The position numbers and the translations under genes are program-made. The notes beneath the pieces were generated by a model. That model was not told the origin of the DNA, searched no databases, and worked only from the letters and a program-made list of their open reading frames with translations. 50,426 nt of DNA from Convolutriloba macropyga (taxonomy: Eukaryota), in the NCBI RefSeq assembly GCF_964194025.1, contig NW_027450919.1, positions 1-50,426 of the forward strand, read 5' to 3'. Position 1 is the stretch's first letter. Each line of letters starts with the position of its first letter. This document shows, piece after piece, positions 46,456 to 50,426 of the stretch.

Positions 46456-49400
46456 GCTGTCGGTCTGCCTGCCTGGTCACGTCGATCGCAACTCTCGCGG
46501 TGCACCACTCCGAAGTTCACTGCTCTGTTCCCGTCTTTCATGTTCCTAGTCTCCATCTCTTGCCCCGTCCATCCATCCAACCGTCCAGCGTGTCCAGACG
46601 CGAGTCTCACACCTGTCTGTCAGGCCGTGCCCTCCGAACAACTGCCTGCGTGCCTTCCTGACACGTCCCGCTCTGGCCCCTCCCCCGCGGCCACAGAGGG
46701 CGCCGCCATGAAAATTCTGTGCCGCCCCGCGAGTGCATGCTCTTCCTCACTTACCGTCGGAGCTCTGCTCCAGAGGAATGACTGCCGGCAGCGGCAGCTG
46801 GAGCCGGCGGTCGCCCGCCTCCGCATCCAAGCCAACACTGCTCAAGAGAGGGCGGGAGCTCCGGTTCAGGTGACGTCCCTCGGAACGGGAGCCGCCGCCG
46901 CCACCGCTGCTCCTCTCGTTAGAGTGGAACCTGGTGCGGACACTGCTCCTGTCGCGCTCTCGCCTTGCCTGACAACAACAGGGAAGTTGTGTTGGCCAAC
47001 CAGGACAGACGGGAAACAATGTAGGTACCGCCATGCAACGTGGTGCTGGAGGCCTCTGCCGGTGGTGATGGCTCCGGCGGTGTATCGGTCAGCGCTCATG
47101 CCAAGTATGGATCGGCAAACTCACGACATCCGTCTTCCAGATGAAGCCATGCCGGTGAAAAATCGATGCTTTTCACAGGGCGGCCGGAGGAAGGGGGGAG
47201 AGGGCTCTGGGAAGACACTGCCACGGAAGAGCCCACGGGGAGGGGGGGGGGGGACCACCTGAGAGGCAGAGAAATAGCGCTTGTCTTTGCTTGTAGCACC
47301 CGCGGCCATGCCCAAGTCTTCGAGTCCGCCCCCGGGCCGCCTGCGTTGCGGGGCGGGGTGGGGTGGGGCAGTGCGCGTCCTGTGTGTCAGCACTATACTT
47401 TGAAGACATGATGCCGTGCCGGCTCATTTCCTGATAGCAGCAGTGACGCCTAGCAGCGGGCTGTTGGCAGCGGGACTGCCATACAGAAGGACAAGTGGGG
47501 TGCCGCTGTGGGCTCCGCGGAGCGCGCCGCCGTAAAAAAATGGCTGCTGCCTCACTGGCGTAGCCCTGAAATGCGGTGGCCTGGGAGGCGGGTGTGAGAC
47601 AGGAGGCCGGCTCTCTACCGGCCTATCTTAACGGCACACTGTCTGCCATCACGTGGATCTATCAACCGGTAATATAGTTCTATGTTTGAACTTCTGCCTG
47701 CCCGTGCGTGGGTGTGCCTGACATATGCAGTCAACAGCCCGGCTGTGCCTGCCTTTCGAGGTGGCAGGGATCGACTGCGCTGTCTGTGGCTGTCAATGCC
47801 TGCGACCCAATAGTAGACGTTTACCCGCAGTCCGGAGACAGTCCATACATTTACGTCACTGGGTGCACCTTTCGACGGCCTCTGATACGACCGTATCCTC
47901 AATCTGCAGCAGCAGCAGCAGCAGCAGCAGACTCTAGGACATGATTACCTGGGAGCTGCCCTCCTCGGCTGGCTGCCGCCACCGCGGGCGGTATACAGAT
48001 GGTACGACGGGGTCTGGGCTCGGTAGAGGCTGTCGTATGCGAGGTTGTCCTTGTCCCCGTGGCTGTCGAACAAGTATGGCTCAGAGCCGCCGGCTCCACC
48101 GCTGGCCCCGCCGGCCGCTGCTTCCCCAGCGGCGGTGCGGTGGTGCTTCCGCTCCAGCTCCCGCACCTAAGCATCAGCAAAAAACAGGGCTCTCCTCCGC
48201 TGAACCACGCTGACAGCCGCCAAGCCGGGTCGATAACTCGAGAGTGCCATCGGGAAGCAAACGCAGAGGTGATGGAAAACAGCGGGTGGCCGGTAGAGAG
48301 GGGGAGGCGTCATCCAGCCGAATCGACGGGTGCCCAGGGGCCCAGGGGGGGGGGGGGGGGACTTGGTTACTCCAGGAATCGACGCACCAGGCACTTATTG
48401 GCTGTAGCTAGGCCACTAGAAAGCAGGGATCAGGAGGATGAAGTCTCATTCCCGTTTCCAGACTTCTTTCCCTGGCAACTCTCTGCATGCCTGTCTATCT
48501 TCCCATGTATTTGTGTGTGTGTGTGTGTGTGTGTGTGTGGAAGCATGCGCCAGCATGCAGTGGCTTGGCAGGTAGCACAAGGAGCGTCGTGCACACGCAG
48601 GGATCGACAGCCATGCGCCCGTGAAAGCAAGCGCACCTTATCAGCGTCTTGGCGTTGCCGGCTGTGCCTTGACCGGTGCTCCTTGTGGCTGTGTTTACTA
48701 TGGTCTCGCTTCCGTTTCCTTGACCTGGAGACCCGACACACAGAACACAGCGTACGTCAGGGCACGTGGAACGGCGGCCAGTGTGGCTGCAGGCCCCCGG
48801 GACAAAGAACCAAACACCGTTGGCTGGCCTTCATAGGCAAGCTTGGCCTCTGTCAGTCTTACTCTTTCTTCGGGGACCGGCGGTCCTTTTCTCTCTTCTT
48901 CTCGGCCTTCTTCTTCCTCCTCTTCCGGTCATCGCTGCTGTTGCCGCCAGTACGAGGGTCGCCCTCCACCGGGGCATGCGCCTCCGGGCCTGCGGCGGTC
49001 TGCGGCCCGTCCCCGTCCTCACTGCTGTCCTCATCGTCACTGCTGGATGCAAAGTACCCTGCGCGGCATTGCAGATAGCGACTCAGAGCGTACGGCATCC
49101 CACACTTGAATGCAGCTTGCCCTCCACCCCTCTGCGGTCTGCCTGGGGCCGGCCGCAGGCGCCCCGTTTACGACTGTTGCCCCATAATATTGCCGGTGCG
49201 TCCCCGGGCGATTCAAGATCAACACTGCCCTGGCAGGCCACACCTGACCTACGCCCTAACCAAATAAAAAAACACAGCCATAGCCACTGCGGCACGTGAT
49301 TGCTGGGATGGACGCACGGGCTGCCAAGCCGACACCACAACGAGAAGTTGGTGTGAGCCAGCGACCATGGCGTATGTGGGTCACAAATGATCGGCTCCGA

Positions 49401-50034
49401 GGCCCCTGCCCAGCGCCTGTGTTCTGGGCCGATAGCGACATGGATAGCTACGCTGCGAGGAGGCGTATGCTGTGCTACTTGCAGCGCAGCTTGCCTGTGT
49501 GAGCAATACCAGGCGGAACAGCTGGACAGCAGGAGAAGAGGGCACGGGCCGCCAGAGGGGGGGGTCGAGGAGTGCAGCAGGACGACGTCCCTCCGAGCGC
49601 CGGACCATCGTGTATGCACGCCGCGTTGATCGCACTGCCGCTCTGGACGTACCTTGGAGGTCTGCGGCTCGCAGCGGCACCTGCACACGGCTCGTGGGCG
49701 CTTGGCCGGGGTCCGGGGGGCGGTAGCTGGAGAACGCCGCGGCACCCAGCTCTGACACAGCCGCAGCCATCGCCAGTGGCCCGCCGTGGCCGCCTCCTCG
49801 CCCGGCTGGGCTTCCTGCAGCTTTTGCAGTCTCCCCTTCGTCATCCTGCGGCTCGCCGCTGCCGGCTTCTCGTGGCGACAGTGCTGCACTGGCAGCAGTG
49901 CGGCTGGGGTCATCTCCGGCATTCTGTGCCGATGCGCTCAAGGCCGTGTCCGGACCAGCGGTCCGACCATCACCTGCCGCATCGTGCTGCAATGGGAACA
50001 GCGCTCCACCGGCTGGGCGCTGGCCGCTGGACAT
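34205..50034 (-). CDS. NRDE2: Nuclear exosome regulator NRDE2 (HAT/TPR-like repeat protein), many exons
   Basis: Conserved NRDE2 segments occur in order across exons: FDSHGDKDNLAYDSLYR; RRTREFNEAVREEPWNLQTWLDYAAFQD; EKKLSILEKAL; GLWERYL; QSGYTERGVATIQAALEF..FKDFWRSGAPRIGDEGGRGW; WVEEEVRR..QWHP; DAERLVELDDMRSFLF; AKAILADRRDDLVLWGAYAEVE; CPVLWRIYL..VFLRAIHECPSSK-ALWLDG..DKEVFLRTDIFE. The start is assumed at ATG 50034 (MSSGQRP). Confidence 0.92.
41053..41842. repeat. 14/28-bp GC-rich minisatellite (CCTGTCCCCAGACG / CCTGTCCCCGACCG) in an NRDE2 intron
   Basis: About 790 bp of alternating 14-mers with variants, inside the intron spanning ~41001-42179. Confidence 0.95.
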
Positions 50035-50426
50035 CGTGCTGTCGTCGTCGACTCTGGTGGCGCTGATGCCGGCCTGCTGCCGTGCCGTCAATCACCTGTG
50101 CAATGCAGCTGGCAGCATGCCGGGCAGCCATTAATATCTCGGGCGGCACAGCTCAGCGAGAATCACCATAATGAAACATAGGTATCGACATCATCATCAT
50201 CTTCATCATCATCATCATCATGGGGCCTGGACGTCGGGCGTATGCCTCGTGGCAGCGCTCCGCTACAGCCAACTATGGACGATGCAATCATACCCGAACT
50301 GTCCACAACACCAAGGCTAGACGTGCATCAGGTGGTCACGACGCGTGCGTACGGCAGGCATGCGTCAGTATCCTGTTCTGGCACCACCGCCTGAGGCTCT
50401 GCAGTCCCAGGATGTTCGACAGGACG

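Noticed and set aside
34205-50034. Functional link between NRDE2 (nuclear RNAi/RNA surveillance) and the neighbouring transposon
   Set aside because: NRDE2 lies outside the TIRs, has host-type introns and is separated from the element by another gene. Adjacency alone is not evidence.
32900-50181. Numerous 100-360 aa ORFs on both strands across the NRDE2 locus
   Set aside because: They are expected in high-GC DNA, run through microsatellites and poly-C/G tracts, and are explained by NRDE2 exons, introns or antisense frames.

Overview
Eukaryotic, GC-rich, intron-rich nuclear DNA. It is most likely a chlorophyte green alga, inferred from codon/intron style and TGTAA motifs downstream of genes; this is not confirmed. 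Host genes from left to right: (1) a type-II membrane protein with three tandem GT77/nucleotide-diphospho-sugar transferase domains (+, ~2852/3106-9037, 5' end interrupted by an assembly gap); (2) a protein with a long low-complexity N-terminus and a C-terminal p25-alpha/TPPP-like domain (+, 11092-13677); (3) an intronless, non-plant-type UDP-glucose/GDP-mannose dehydrogenase (-, 14850-16379); (4) a VOC/glyoxalase-family protein (+, ~30522-32792); (5) NRDE2 (-, 34205-50034). Between the dehydrogenase and the glyoxalase sits an apparently intact 11.8-kb DNA transposon (17455-29246). It has 218-bp terminal inverted repeats, a 9-exon ~950-aa KDZ (Kyakuja-Dileera-Zisupton)-type transposase, internal tandem repeats, and two spliced cargo genes: a stand-alone piggyBac-CRD-like Cys/His finger protein and a ~600-aa protein with an NRF1/EIN3/DUF2841-like motif pattern. 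The regions 5' of genes are carpeted with chained TA-[1-4 nt]-TA motifs that resemble stacked excision footprints of TA-targeting transposons. All exon coordinates were derived by hand from splice signals and phase continuity. No database searches were run.
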